20,000 bases of DNA from Albugo candida (taxonomy: Eukaryota): contig JBDOQK010000010.1 in NCBI GenBank assembly GCA_040437565.1, forward strand, positions 619,316 to 639,315, in the 5' to 3' direction. The position numbers and the translations under genes were made by a program. Below the pieces are notes generated by a model, which was not told the origin of the DNA, made no database searches, and worked only from the letters and a program-made list of their open reading frames with translations. Position 1 is the first letter of the stretch. The number at the start of each line of letters is the position of its first letter. Positions 9,134 through 19,078 of this stretch are shown here, in pieces.

Positions 9134-10564
9134 ATGCGATCTCGAAACTGCTTGATTGCATGTGTGGCGTGTTTAACAGTCTTTGCCGTCCTCGGAATCA
9201 TTCTTGGAATCGTATTATCGCGAAAAACTATTTCTCACTCTAATAAAGGCGAAAAGGAATTGTGGAAGAAAAAGAATGAGGAGGTATTTGGCGGACTGGA
9301 AATGAGTGGATCAGGCTCTGGATCGGAGGAAGACGAAATGGATACCACGGATCCCACGCAGGAAAATTACACCATGACAGCCTTAGCGATTGGTGATTGG
9401 GGTCGAACTGTTGCAAAGGTCGGAGGATCATGCTGTGCTCGTCGAAAGACGTACACAATCAAGGATTTCAATGCCATGGAATATACCGCAACACTTTTGG
9501 GTCTTGCGGCCGCCAAAGTAAAACCTCGACCGACCTTCATTCTGGGTCATGGTGATAATTTTTATTGGACGGGACTTAATGGAGTGCAGGATCAAGCGTA
9601 CCGTTTCCACGAGACGTTTGAGACTAAATATAACGACGCTTCTCTCGATGGAATTCCATGGATCAATGTACTGGGTAATCACGATTACGGCGGTGCGAGT
9701 TTTGTCTGTGCAAAAGACAGTGCACCGGTTAAATGCACCTCCCCGCAAGCACTTGTGAGCGCGTTAAAAAGCAAATTTGACCTCCAAGCGAGTTATCACA
9801 GTCCGAATGGCGATCGATGGGTCTTGCGTGACCATTTCTACACTGTTCGATACGCCTCTGAAGCATTCGATGTCGAAATCTTTAATATGGATACAAATGA
9901 CGCGGATACACACGGACTGCGACAGATTTGCTGTCAATGTTATGGCTACTCTGGTAAGAATGATGGTCGATGTGAGCAAGTTGTTCGTGGAGACGCACTT
10001 TGTGCGGGTGGGAGCACTGCCATGTACGATGCGTGTGCCACACAATTAAAGGCATGGGCGGATGATTCTCGCGCGCGATTGGTCGACGCCGTTGCTGCGT
10101 CTAACGCGACGTGGAAAATAATCAATACGCATTATTCACCATACAATCATTATTCGCCGGAGAAGGCTGAGCAGTGGAAGAAGCTCTTGTCGACGTTTAA
10201 AGGGAAAGTTCAATTGTTTATTTATGGACACACACATGCCGAAAAACACGACTACGCGTCATTCCGAATGCATTTTATTGAAAATGGCGCTGGTGGAGGT
10301 ATTCAAAATGAATCGCCCAGCGGAATTCCGCCGTATGCCGAATCTTATGTAGAGAATGTGTGGTCAGCAGGTCATTACCCGTACGGTATCTTCCAATTAG
10401 AGCTCTCTAAAACATGGATGAAGGTGCAGTTTTTCACATTCGATACATCGTGGAAAATGAATTTGGATGTGGGGAAGACGGTAACGGGAGGTATTGCCGC
10501 ACCGCACTGTTGGTATTTGCCAGTGAGTGGTCGTAAAGGTAGAGCTTGTAGTAAGGTTGAGTAA
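9134..10564 (+). CDS. Calcineurin-like metallophosphoesterase, purple/tartrate-resistant acid phosphatase type, with an N-terminal signal anchor (476 aa)
   Basis: All five metal-binding blocks are present: IGDWG, GHGDNFY (Tyr ligand retained), LGNHDY, INTHY and YGHTH. The N-terminal hydrophobic segment is CLIACVACLTVFAVLGIILGIVLS. There are many Cys residues, consistent with an extracellular or luminal domain. Confidence 0.92.
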   Translation: MRSRNCLIACVACLTVFAVLGIILGIVLSRKTISHSNKGEKELWKKKNEEVFGGLEMSGSGSGSEEDEMDTTDPTQENYTMTALAIGDWGRTVAKVGGSCCARRKTYTIKDFNAMEYTATLLGLAAAKVKPRPTFILGHGDNFYWTGLNGVQDQAYRFHETFETKYNDASLDGIPWINVLGNHDYGGASFVCAKDSAPVKCTSPQALVSALKSKFDLQASYHSPNGDRWVLRDHFYTVRYASEAFDVEIFNMDTNDADTHGLRQICCQCYGYSGKNDGRCEQVVRGDALCAGGSTAMYDACATQLKAWADDSRARLVDAVAASNATWKIINTHYSPYNHYSPEKAEQWKKLLSTFKGKVQLFIYGHTHAEKHDYASFRMHFIENGAGGGIQNESPSGIPPYAESYVENVWSAGHYPYGIFQLELSKTWMKVQFFTFDTSWKMNLDVGKTVTGGIAAPHCWYLPVSGRKGRACSKVE

Positions 10565-11437
10565 TAGGTATAAATATATAAAGGCGTCTCACTGATCCGC
10601 TAAAGTGAGTTCAAAACGGCAGTGCAAACGAGTACATTTTACTTGCACAATGTATGTGCCATGATGTGTGTTGTATTGAGTGGTACAGACGCAGTCTCGA
10701 GATTTGGCGAGTTTGTGAGGATGCTGCGGGCGTATTGGCCAGTGATGGTGCAGCAGTTGCACCCAGTCATGCAACCCGAAAAGGTTTCGTGGATTCGAGA
10801 AATCACGTTTTTATTACTTGGATTACGTGAATATTCGGTCAGGAAATCCGCACTTTGAGTGCCATCGGTCGTGTCAGAAAAAAACGAGTAAGGCAGTAAA
10901 TGACGAAATATTTCTATTCTGTTCATCGAAACAACATTCAGACGTCAACAATATTCTGATTGTCGTTCTCGCCTGTTTTCTTTTCCATTCTGATCAGCTG
11001 TCGCTTCCCTGAATGCGATATTACATATTCTTCGAATTTTAATGTCAGTATCCCGCATTGTCGCTTCTACTGAATATTGTAACAACAAATAACTGTTTAA
11101 ATCGATGAAACCGAAAACAGCTTGGAACCGACTTGATTCTAATTTGATTTCAGCCACTCTCTGCCACATTCTAAACATTCGGACATGCGTATCCTTTACA
11201 CATGCAAGATGGAATTTATTCTTGATAGAGTAGACCAGACGCTCGATCTTGCGTGCCCATTTAGACCACTTCGCATCTAAACCCTAAAACAATTGTGTTC
11301 CGTTCCAAACGCCATTACAAATTTTGATAATATTTTGATTGTCACTTGAAATCAAAGTTACTGTCTGTCGGTTTCGACTTTCTTACAAACTGGATAGGTG
11401 CGTTTGACATTTTTCGTGGTTGTGAATCGATTGAAAA

Positions 11438-13111
11438 ATGGGGCGACCGTTAGACAATAACACTTCAACATTCGATGCATCACGCGGTCGCGCAACTACC
11501 GATGCTCGTACTTATCTAAGCTCCAAGATGCCAAAAAATTATCAGTTTGAAGATTTCAATTCAATGAATTGTGGCTGTGGGCACTTTGGTGATCACGAGT
11601 TCACATCGGTTATCGAAGATTCATTAGAGACACAAGCGCGTGCTTCCTTATCGCTTTTCGGATTCGGCTCCTCCAACGATGCCTGTATCAACTGGAAACC
11701 TTTAGGAATTAATGCAAACGAAATGAAAATGAATGTTGGCAATAAGAGCCAACTAATCTCGCTTCGCGAACGGACATGCTCATTGGGTAAAAATGCGTTT
11801 TACTGGAATTTATTATCGAAATCACATCCGAAAACTTTGAGTGAGGAAAACAACGATATAAATGGAAATAATCATCCAGAATATGAAGAAACAGATGAGG
11901 AAGAACATGAATTCGAAGAAGGCAAAACATCGTCCAAGTTGGTACAGCAATATCTCGTCAAAAGCTCGATTCTGATCCCGGCTTCGGTCGAAGAAATGGC
12001 GCATCTTATCATCCAATCCGATCCCTCCGATATGAACATAACAATGCAATATCTGGTAGGTGTTAAAGTGATCGAATCCGAAGTGGTATACAGTCGCAAT
12101 GAAAAACGCTCCCGTTATCCGGCGCGCACTCGCTGTGGCATGTTCAAACCACAACCACCAGAACCCACAGAAAGGAACCACAAACAACCCCCCACCACCG
12201 CTCAATACGACCCGAACCACAAACCCGACCCGAATTCGAACATCGCGAAATCCAAGGAATATGCCGCACAAAGAATCCAACGACGCAGAAAACTCTTACG
12301 AGAATCCAGTTCTCTTCTCGTCCAAGAAGATGACTCATTATCCGGAAATCACGGCAATCTCAGCTTAAAATGGGTCTTAGCCGAGAAAACGGGTCGGATG
12401 TTCACAACCCGGGTTCAACACTGCTTGCTCGATTACGACTGTATCGTTGTCAACGACTGGGACGCTCAGGACGACTGTGGTCCAATGTTTGTACGCGTCA
12501 TGCAATCGACCTATTTACCGCAATTCCAAAGCCGAACCCAAACGGACGCTGGAGTTCGACTCGCCGATTTACAGCCCACAGGCATCATGGTCCGTAAAGC
12601 GAAAGGCAAACCGGGCTTTGTGGAGGTCCAATTTGTCGGGTCGATTCTCGAAAAAGCCGATTTCCCCATAAGTTTTCGTCGCGCTCGACTTCGTGCACTG
12701 TGCCTGAAAATTGCCAAATTGGAAGAAATTATTAGAGGACGCCATTTATCGCAATCGCTGATGATCCAACAACAACCGCTTTGGGTTCGAAATACCGATC
12801 GAATGAGTTGTAATAGCTGTGATATGAAATTCAGTCTGTCACGTCGTCGACATCATTGCCGACTTTGTGGTGATATTTGCTGCTCGGAATGCTGTCCAAA
12901 AGTGGTTGTCGATCTACCCGATGCAGGTGCTACCCATGTACGCATTTGTGTCCTCTGTATGAAACGACGTCAATCGAGAGAAGCGAATGGATCGACTTCA
13001 TCGTCTTCCTCCTCAACCGGCTCGCCAAGCAAAAATCAAGCGGAAAACATCCCGTCTCCATGTCGATCGTATGCGTATCAGCAACCTCTTCTGAATGAAG
13101 CGTATGTTTAG
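11438..13111 (+). CDS. FYVE zinc-finger protein with a probable START-like N-terminal/central domain (557 aa)
   Basis: C-terminal FYVE: WVRN..CNSC..FSLSRRRHHCRLCGDICCSECC...VRICVLC. The upstream region (LSLKWVL, HCLLDY, FVRVMQS, PTGIMVR, VEVQFVG) resembles the START-like domain common in oomycete FYVE proteins; that part is inference. Confidence 0.88.
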   Translation: MGRPLDNNTSTFDASRGRATTDARTYLSSKMPKNYQFEDFNSMNCGCGHFGDHEFTSVIEDSLETQARASLSLFGFGSSNDACINWKPLGINANEMKMNVGNKSQLISLRERTCSLGKNAFYWNLLSKSHPKTLSEENNDINGNNHPEYEETDEEEHEFEEGKTSSKLVQQYLVKSSILIPASVEEMAHLIIQSDPSDMNITMQYLVGVKVIESEVVYSRNEKRSRYPARTRCGMFKPQPPEPTERNHKQPPTTAQYDPNHKPDPNSNIAKSKEYAAQRIQRRRKLLRESSSLLVQEDDSLSGNHGNLSLKWVLAEKTGRMFTTRVQHCLLDYDCIVVNDWDAQDDCGPMFVRVMQSTYLPQFQSRTQTDAGVRLADLQPTGIMVRKAKGKPGFVEVQFVGSILEKADFPISFRRARLRALCLKIAKLEEIIRGRHLSQSLMIQQQPLWVRNTDRMSCNSCDMKFSLSRRRHHCRLCGDICCSECCPKVVVDLPDAGATHVRICVLCMKRRQSREANGSTSSSSSSTGSPSKNQAENIPSPCRSYAYQQPLLNEAYV

Positions 13112-13282
13112 TGAGTTTTTATTTTGCAAAGTAATTGTTACAATGCACTTTTTACTTTGTGTCTATTATCTCTCGCAGCACAGCAATATTCATTTTGGAT
13201 GCACTTACAATTTCAATCACCAAAGAAAATTAATTGCAATTGTTGGAAAATATTGAGACCCACAAAAGGAACGGAAATGGTC

Positions 13283-14704
13283 TTACGAGTATTCGGGCGT
13301 GCACACAACCATAAAACTGGAGCTTTTCGTCGATTTCGCTCGAGAAAGAACCGAATCGCGCGCATTAGGATGTGTGCCCATCACTCTCGCATGGAATTCC
13401 TTGTCGAGAGCGTCAAGACCTCGATCGTTGTCAAAGGTGCAAAACCAAGTGAGAGGAATCGATACGAACGTAAGTGCTGCAAATGTGTAAAAGGCACCAG
13501 GATACCCAAAGCTCTTGTCCTCTACCCAAATGGAGAACCCAAACGATCCGATCGCAGCACCAACCTTACCGGAAGCCGCTGAAATCCCATGACAAGTGCC
13601 TCGTATTTGTGTTGGGTACATTTCAGTCGGAAGTACAAAAGTCGTTGTGTTTGGGCCGAAATTGGCAAAGAAGAGCGTACATCCAAATAAAATGATAAAT
13701 AAAATGGCGTTTTTCTTGAGATCTTCCCACCAAAATGCCAAACACAAAAACAAAAGACTTTGTAAGAAGAATCCTTGCAATTGAATGAGTCTTCGCCCCA
13801 GACGATTGATGAAAAAACACGCCACGTAGTACCCCGGCAGTCCCATCAATGCGATAAATACGTTTTCCAGCGTAATTTGCTGCAGGGAAGGATCACGGAG
13901 TCCCACCACCGATAAAATACTCGCAGAGAAGAGATTCTGAGCGTAGAAAGCGATATCGAATAAGAACCAGCAACCTGCAGTCCCCAACAAACTCTTCCAA
14001 TAATGTCGAAAAATGAACGATATGCCAACATTTGATGATGCTCCTTCATTCCTAGCTTGACGCTGACGCTCTTGGGTGGCTTTATACGCTTCTGTTTCTT
14101 CCGCAAAGAGCCGATGATGGCAGACAATTAACGCCGGAATGATTCCAATTCCAAACAAAAGACGCCATACGACCTCCAGTTTTTGTGGATCGTTGTCGCC
14201 AGTTTGACCGTTGGCGAGGCTTTGCACCAATAGATTCCCGACCAATGACGCCATCAACGACCCGATACCTTGCAGAGAAAATGTCAATGCAACTCGAGCA
14301 TTTCGTTCTTCGACATTGGTCGCATCTTCAGCCGTCGATGAAGCTGCTAGCGGGTATTCTCCACCAATGCCAATGCCCAAAAGACCTCGTGCGAGCACCA
14401 AAAACCATATCGTTCCGGTCGGCGTGCTTGCATGTGCACCAGTGCAGAGAACGCCACCAACTATCAGGAGAGCACAAGTTGCAACCATATTTGTCTTACG
14501 ACCAAATACATCGCCGAGGATCCCGAATGCGATTTGACCGATCACCGCGCCAATCAGAGCTGCAGCCGACACTGCAGATTTGAGATTGGAAGTGTACACG
14601 TCTTTTCCGTATTGCTCGGTCAGCACGACATTGATCACGTTCATGATGAAGAGGTCATACGCGTCGTTAAAGAAGCCGAGTCCACGGACAAAGAACTTGT
14701 TCAT
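13283..14704 (-). CDS. PHO84: MFS inorganic phosphate:H+ symporter, PHO84/PHT1-like (paralogue 2), 473 aa
   Basis: Motifs GLGFFNDAYDLF, GDVFGRK, GIGIGGEYPL, WFLFDIAFY, NFGPNTTTF and RGTCHGISAASGK are present. The first in-frame ATG is 14704 (the track start at 14842 is TTG), and MNKFFVRGLG aligns with MHNFAVRGLG of paralogue 1. Confidence 0.94.
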   Translation of the reverse strand: MNKFFVRGLGFFNDAYDLFIMNVINVVLTEQYGKDVYTSNLKSAVSAAALIGAVIGQIAFGILGDVFGRKTNMVATCALLIVGGVLCTGAHASTPTGTIWFLVLARGLLGIGIGGEYPLAASSTAEDATNVEERNARVALTFSLQGIGSLMASLVGNLLVQSLANGQTGDNDPQKLEVVWRLLFGIGIIPALIVCHHRLFAEETEAYKATQERQRQARNEGASSNVGISFIFRHYWKSLLGTAGCWFLFDIAFYAQNLFSASILSVVGLRDPSLQQITLENVFIALMGLPGYYVACFFINRLGRRLIQLQGFFLQSLLFLCLAFWWEDLKKNAILFIILFGCTLFFANFGPNTTTFVLPTEMYPTQIRGTCHGISAASGKVGAAIGSFGFSIWVEDKSFGYPGAFYTFAALTFVSIPLTWFCTFDNDRGLDALDKEFHARVMGTHPNARDSVLSRAKSTKSSSFMVVCTPEYS

Positions 14705-15138
14705 AGACACAGACGATTGGGCAATGGGTGCACAGGTAGATGGTGGCCATTGTCGCAGAGTGGCGCATGGAATTATAGATTTCTCTGCATACAAATTTCC
14801 AATGGAGCGGATCTCATCGTGCTGACTATCTCCCTCTATCAATCAATCATTCCTTGAAATAGATTGACATGAGACTATCAGATAGTCTGTTACACTAGTA
14901 TTAACTACCTCTTTGAATGCATATCAACTATCAGAAATGTATTCAGTCCAATCGAACAATTGTCCCACTTTCCAGGCTTCCCGACGTCGTCACGCTTCGA
15001 TTGGACGCACAGGACAAGCATCACAATACCAATCGCCGTTAGGCACTGCTTCCACAATCGGACAGAGACATTGTAAGTGATACAATCCATCACAACTGTC
15101 ACATTGTAACATTTCCATTGCATTGGGCTCTCGGCACA

Positions 15139-15238
15139 NNNNNNNNNNNNNNNNNNNNNNNNNNNNNNNNNNNNNNNNNNNNNNNNNNNNNNNNNNNNNN
15201 NNNNNNNNNNNNNNNNNNNNNNNNNNNNNNNNNNNNNN
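15139..15238. other. Scaffold gap (100 N)
   Basis: Run of exactly 100 N, with no visible flanking duplication. Confidence 0.99.
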
Positions 15239-17319
15239 AAAGATCTGGGAAAGACAGAACGAAATACTTCTACAAAGGACATCTACCTACGTTGCAGAAA
15301 AAAATCTCCAGGTATGACTGAAATGCAAATAGGTTACGTCTTCTTATAATATAAAGCCCCTAATTGAGGTTTTAGCAAGTCTGCTAGAATTCGCAGATAC
15401 ATCCTCAATGAAGCAGCTTCACTACGCGCGCTTCTTAATCTGGCTATCAGCATATTATATTGAAAACTATCAAAAGAAAGCTGATGAATTTCATCGGCAA
15501 CGATATAACCAAATATAAAAATTCCGCAAAGACATTGAAGTTGAAGTATATTGATATCAGAGACGTGAGAAAGAGTCAGTTCATATTTGAGAACTACTAA
15601 TTGGCCGAAATCAGAAAAGGTTACTTCTTATGTTGAAACTGATACTATGCAATACCCGCACGCATTTTCCTGCCCCTATAGCTTATGTAGTATTCTATGT
15701 AGACATATGATCGTGTGTAGTTGAATTCTACTACACGCACAACAACATATGTTCGAAGATGAAGGAGGACAGCAGCAACCTTTTCAGATTCAAGAAAGTT
15801 ATGTCATAATGGTCACTCATTTATCGATTGTCCCTTTCTTACTCATCCGTATTTTTTACGTCACAACACAGAAAGATGTCGCTGTAATCATATACAACTC
15901 TTCCTTGCTGCTTACTACCTAAGTGAATCAGCAACATTTCTTGGGTATATTCAGTGCTGCTGCTTTAATGAATATGTCGGCCAACACTAGGAATGCGAGG
16001 TAATGCTGAGTATTTGACCTAAGCAATATGAAGAATGAGAGAATTTGGAGAATCTATCCGTATGATAGTGGCGTCTCACGGGAAAAGGTTCCAGCTTTGC
16101 TATAATTCCAACGCGTCTGATTTAAATATACACCTGATAATGAATATACTGAATAAGACCACGCGTGTATGTATTAAAGAATGTTACCTCGATTCTGAGG
16201 TGAAAAAATTGGGCTTCTCTTGTCCTTTCTTATCAATGGAGATAAAGGTGCTGTCGTTTTGTTTCTAGAGTTAGACGCATGCCTTTCGCGATCTTTTCGA
16301 TTCATAGGCCCTCATCGACACAGTTTTCCTTTACGTTTTTGTTGTAACTTTGGCATCTCTGTAAAAGCATACATTCAATTATGCTGATTACTCGCCTATC
16401 CATAAATTTTCGGGAGACATATCACTTTATCACCAAGTAAAACAAAATCAAAAGCGATGAGTAAACAACCCTGTGGCCTTCAAAAAGAGTTCGCGTTGCA
16501 TCGATTGGTTATTTCATCTTCTTGCACCATGAATTGACGTAAACGATTGGATCGGTACAATAATCTATGTAATGGCCAAGAAAAAACCCCGAGTATGAGA
16601 TTGTCTAAAGCGCTCTAGAAACGCATAAACAATCAAACGATGATCTACGATAGGGACGGTTCGTCACTGATATATTTTTACATAGAACTGCAAGTGAAGA
16701 TGCTTTTGAGTCTTGTGCTTGGCGAAATCTGAGAGATTTATGCATGTACGGCAGCATACTGACAATTGTCATGAGATAATACATATCAGGCAAATCATAG
16801 TTGGGAAGAGATTAAGGTCGATTGTTTTACAAGAATAGATGGATGTCTCTATGGACTCTGATTCCAGGAAACATGTGAAAGGATTGGTCGTTGACGGAGG
16901 TTATTGTGCTATGACGACGCTGGTCGAAGAGATGATGGTGCAAATCCAATTGAGAGCACACACATATTTATTTTAGAGCAAGCCGATCTATTTCATTAAG
17001 CTAGTAATGCTTAACTTATGCGGTACAGGTCATGCTTTTCTATGCTACACGTTGCTGGATTTTGTAAATACTACGAATACGATACACGTAATCCTATCGA
17101 AAACCAATAATTCACCTTGACGATCGAGCGTATCTAATCCCGTTTAGATCATCGTTCAAACTTCAAAGAGAAACTATTTGCTTTATCTGCACCCTATATC
17201 GCTGCTCAAGATTCTCAGCAGCGGGATTCTGTTTCTTTGTGCCTGGTGGGCAACTTTCAACTTTTGCAGATTTTGCTCAGTTAAAAATGAGAAATTTTCA
17301 AATTGATATCCGTATAAAA

Positions 17320-18782
17320 TCATGACTTGAGGACTTGAGGCGTTAGCTGTGCATAGTTGCATATTCTCATTTGTTGATGCTGTCGGGACCCATCGTGCTC
17401 TGCAAGATTATCATCAATAGATAGGTACAACGTTTTGCAGCACGAAAAAAGGTTGTTCATGCTAGTTGGCATGTGTTGCTTGAGCATGTGGTGAGGGCTT
17501 TCACCGCGTGAAATTGCAGTATGACCGAAATGCGTTATACGGTCAGTATAAGCAGTAGCACACGTTTCTTTGAGGGGAATCCATGTTTCGAGAATGTATC
17601 TGATGATTGCACTGTCTGCACGCAATTCGAAACGTTTCCACAGCTCCCCGAAGAGCCTTCTGTTTTTGCATACATGAGTGACCTCCATTCCTTCATGAAG
17701 GCTATCGCTTCTTCTTCTTTGGAAAATATGCTTTGCATTTTTCCACTGTTTTTTTTCCCAGTATGCCATACACATAACAGAATTAGAAGTTAATTCCATG
17801 AAAATATTTCAAAAATTATAGAATTTGGAAGTGAGGTAAGTGCTCTTAAATTCCTGAAATTAGCGCCAGCTCGCGATCGACGACGAAAATTTCCGGAGGA
17901 AATTTGTCCCTAAAGATCGGTCGAAAGAAGTTTATTGCTGAAGAGTATGTGGATTGACTCTCGTTCGTCATGCAAACATATGCGATGAAAAATATTATAT
18001 ATTTTGATTAGCACTTAAACGAGATGCAGCAACGGAAGCTTCAAGCATCTGTCTTGTGTGCAGCATTCAACAGAAAAACCTCATTGTGGCTCCGAGCCAC
18101 CTCTGTAGATCTTGGATGGGCAAAGTACAGGTGGAGAATTCTGCCGTCATCATCGCTCAGTATTGTTTCAACATCTAACTGCAACCTTCAAAATTTCTGG
18201 TCAAGGGCATCCATCGGTGTACAGTCATCAAAAGTTTTAAGAATTCCGGCGTGACGGACGTTGCTCAGTTTTGTTTTAGGCGAAAAAAGGCCACGATCAA
18301 TCCGAAACATGTTTGAATGTTTGTCGTTGGGACCCCAGCATCATACAATCCAACTATTGTCTTTTCCATTTCTGTTTCGAATCTGATGTGAACACGACGG
18401 CGCTTTTTGAGGCGGATGACATATGGTTATGATCCTCTATAACCACGCGGAAAGTCTTATGCAGTCCATCCTGTATGGCTTTCAAGCGAAATGGACAATT
18501 AGCGTATAATGTCGAGGTCTTTCGTGTTCTAGTTTCTTCCGTTAGCCTAAGCCGATTGCGGTAAAATCCTTCTCGGTCACATTTGTAAAGAACCGTATAG
18601 TGCCCGTTACGCTGCATGTAGGGTGATTTTATCAGTATCCCATTGCCTTGAGTGAAAGCGAAGTCATTCAATGCCTTTTCCATGGCTTTGCGAAAACTAT
18701 ATTTGACTTCAATAAGTCCGGTTGTGGCTGCAGCAATTTGTTCAGGCCATTTTTCTGCTTGACAGCCGACTTTATTGCGCAA
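17320..18782 (-). pseudogene. Decayed MULE (Mutator-like) transposase with frameshifts and stops
   Basis: Minus-strand fragments occur in canonical order. First is a FAR1-type DNA-binding domain (YKCDREGFYR...RKTST..NCPFRL...DHNH). It is followed by GRILHLYFAHP (~18140), VFLLNAAHKT (first catalytic D replaced by N at 18065-18067), VVDRELAL (~17870), LCVWH (17777-17763) and [24 protein letters not shown]. An in-frame TGA lies at ~18190. Confidence 0.88.
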
Positions 18783-18995
18783 CTCGGTGATTGTTTCTGC
18801 GCGTTAGGGAGGGAATCGAGGAAGTGCGAAAACGTGGAAACGTGTAAGTATTATGTATCTCACGTAGACGCAGTAATATAACCACCCTGTCGATCAATTA
18901 TACTAGTCTACAAAAATTATCCAATCAGAGATGCTTTGTTCGTGGCATCAGTCAAAGCGTCTATAGTCAAAACGTCCGTGGCAATTGTCACACCC
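17320..18995 (-). mobile_element. MULE element A (remnant), with a putative 5' terminus at 18995; left boundary not defined
   Basis: Transposase relic plus a terminus-like sequence GGGTGTGACAATTGCCACG... (minus strand from 18995) with internal subrepeats. The partner TIR was not found in the window. Confidence 0.65.
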
Positions 18996-19078
18996 GCAGA
19001 AGTGTTATCTTTATTCCATTTGCTACTGTGGTATACAATTACTGCATTCAACAAAAACGTTGTGTGAGTAATAATTTA

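Noticed and set aside
8509..9155. ORFs 8509-8874 and 8871-9155
   Set aside because: They have non-ATG starts and no recognisable motifs. The region is better explained as the divergent promoter, with INR/FPR at 9112.
10565..11437. Short ORFs and an imperfect repeat TGTCGCTTC..CTGAAT (~11000, ~11060)
   Set aside because: No recognisable domain or convincing splice model, and two short imperfect copies are not an array.
14705..14842. 46-aa N-terminal extension of transporter paralogue 2
   Set aside because: It starts at TTG and has no counterpart in paralogue 1; the first ATG is 14704.
17200..17223. Hairpin CGCTGCT-N10-AGCAGCG as a Helitron 3' end or terminator
   Set aside because: The stem is only 7 bp and there is no downstream CTRR terminus on either strand.
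15239..17319. Partner TIR/TSD for MULE element A
   Set aside because: I found no GGGTGTGACA-like sequence or GCAGAAGTG duplicate by eye, so the left boundary is left undefined.
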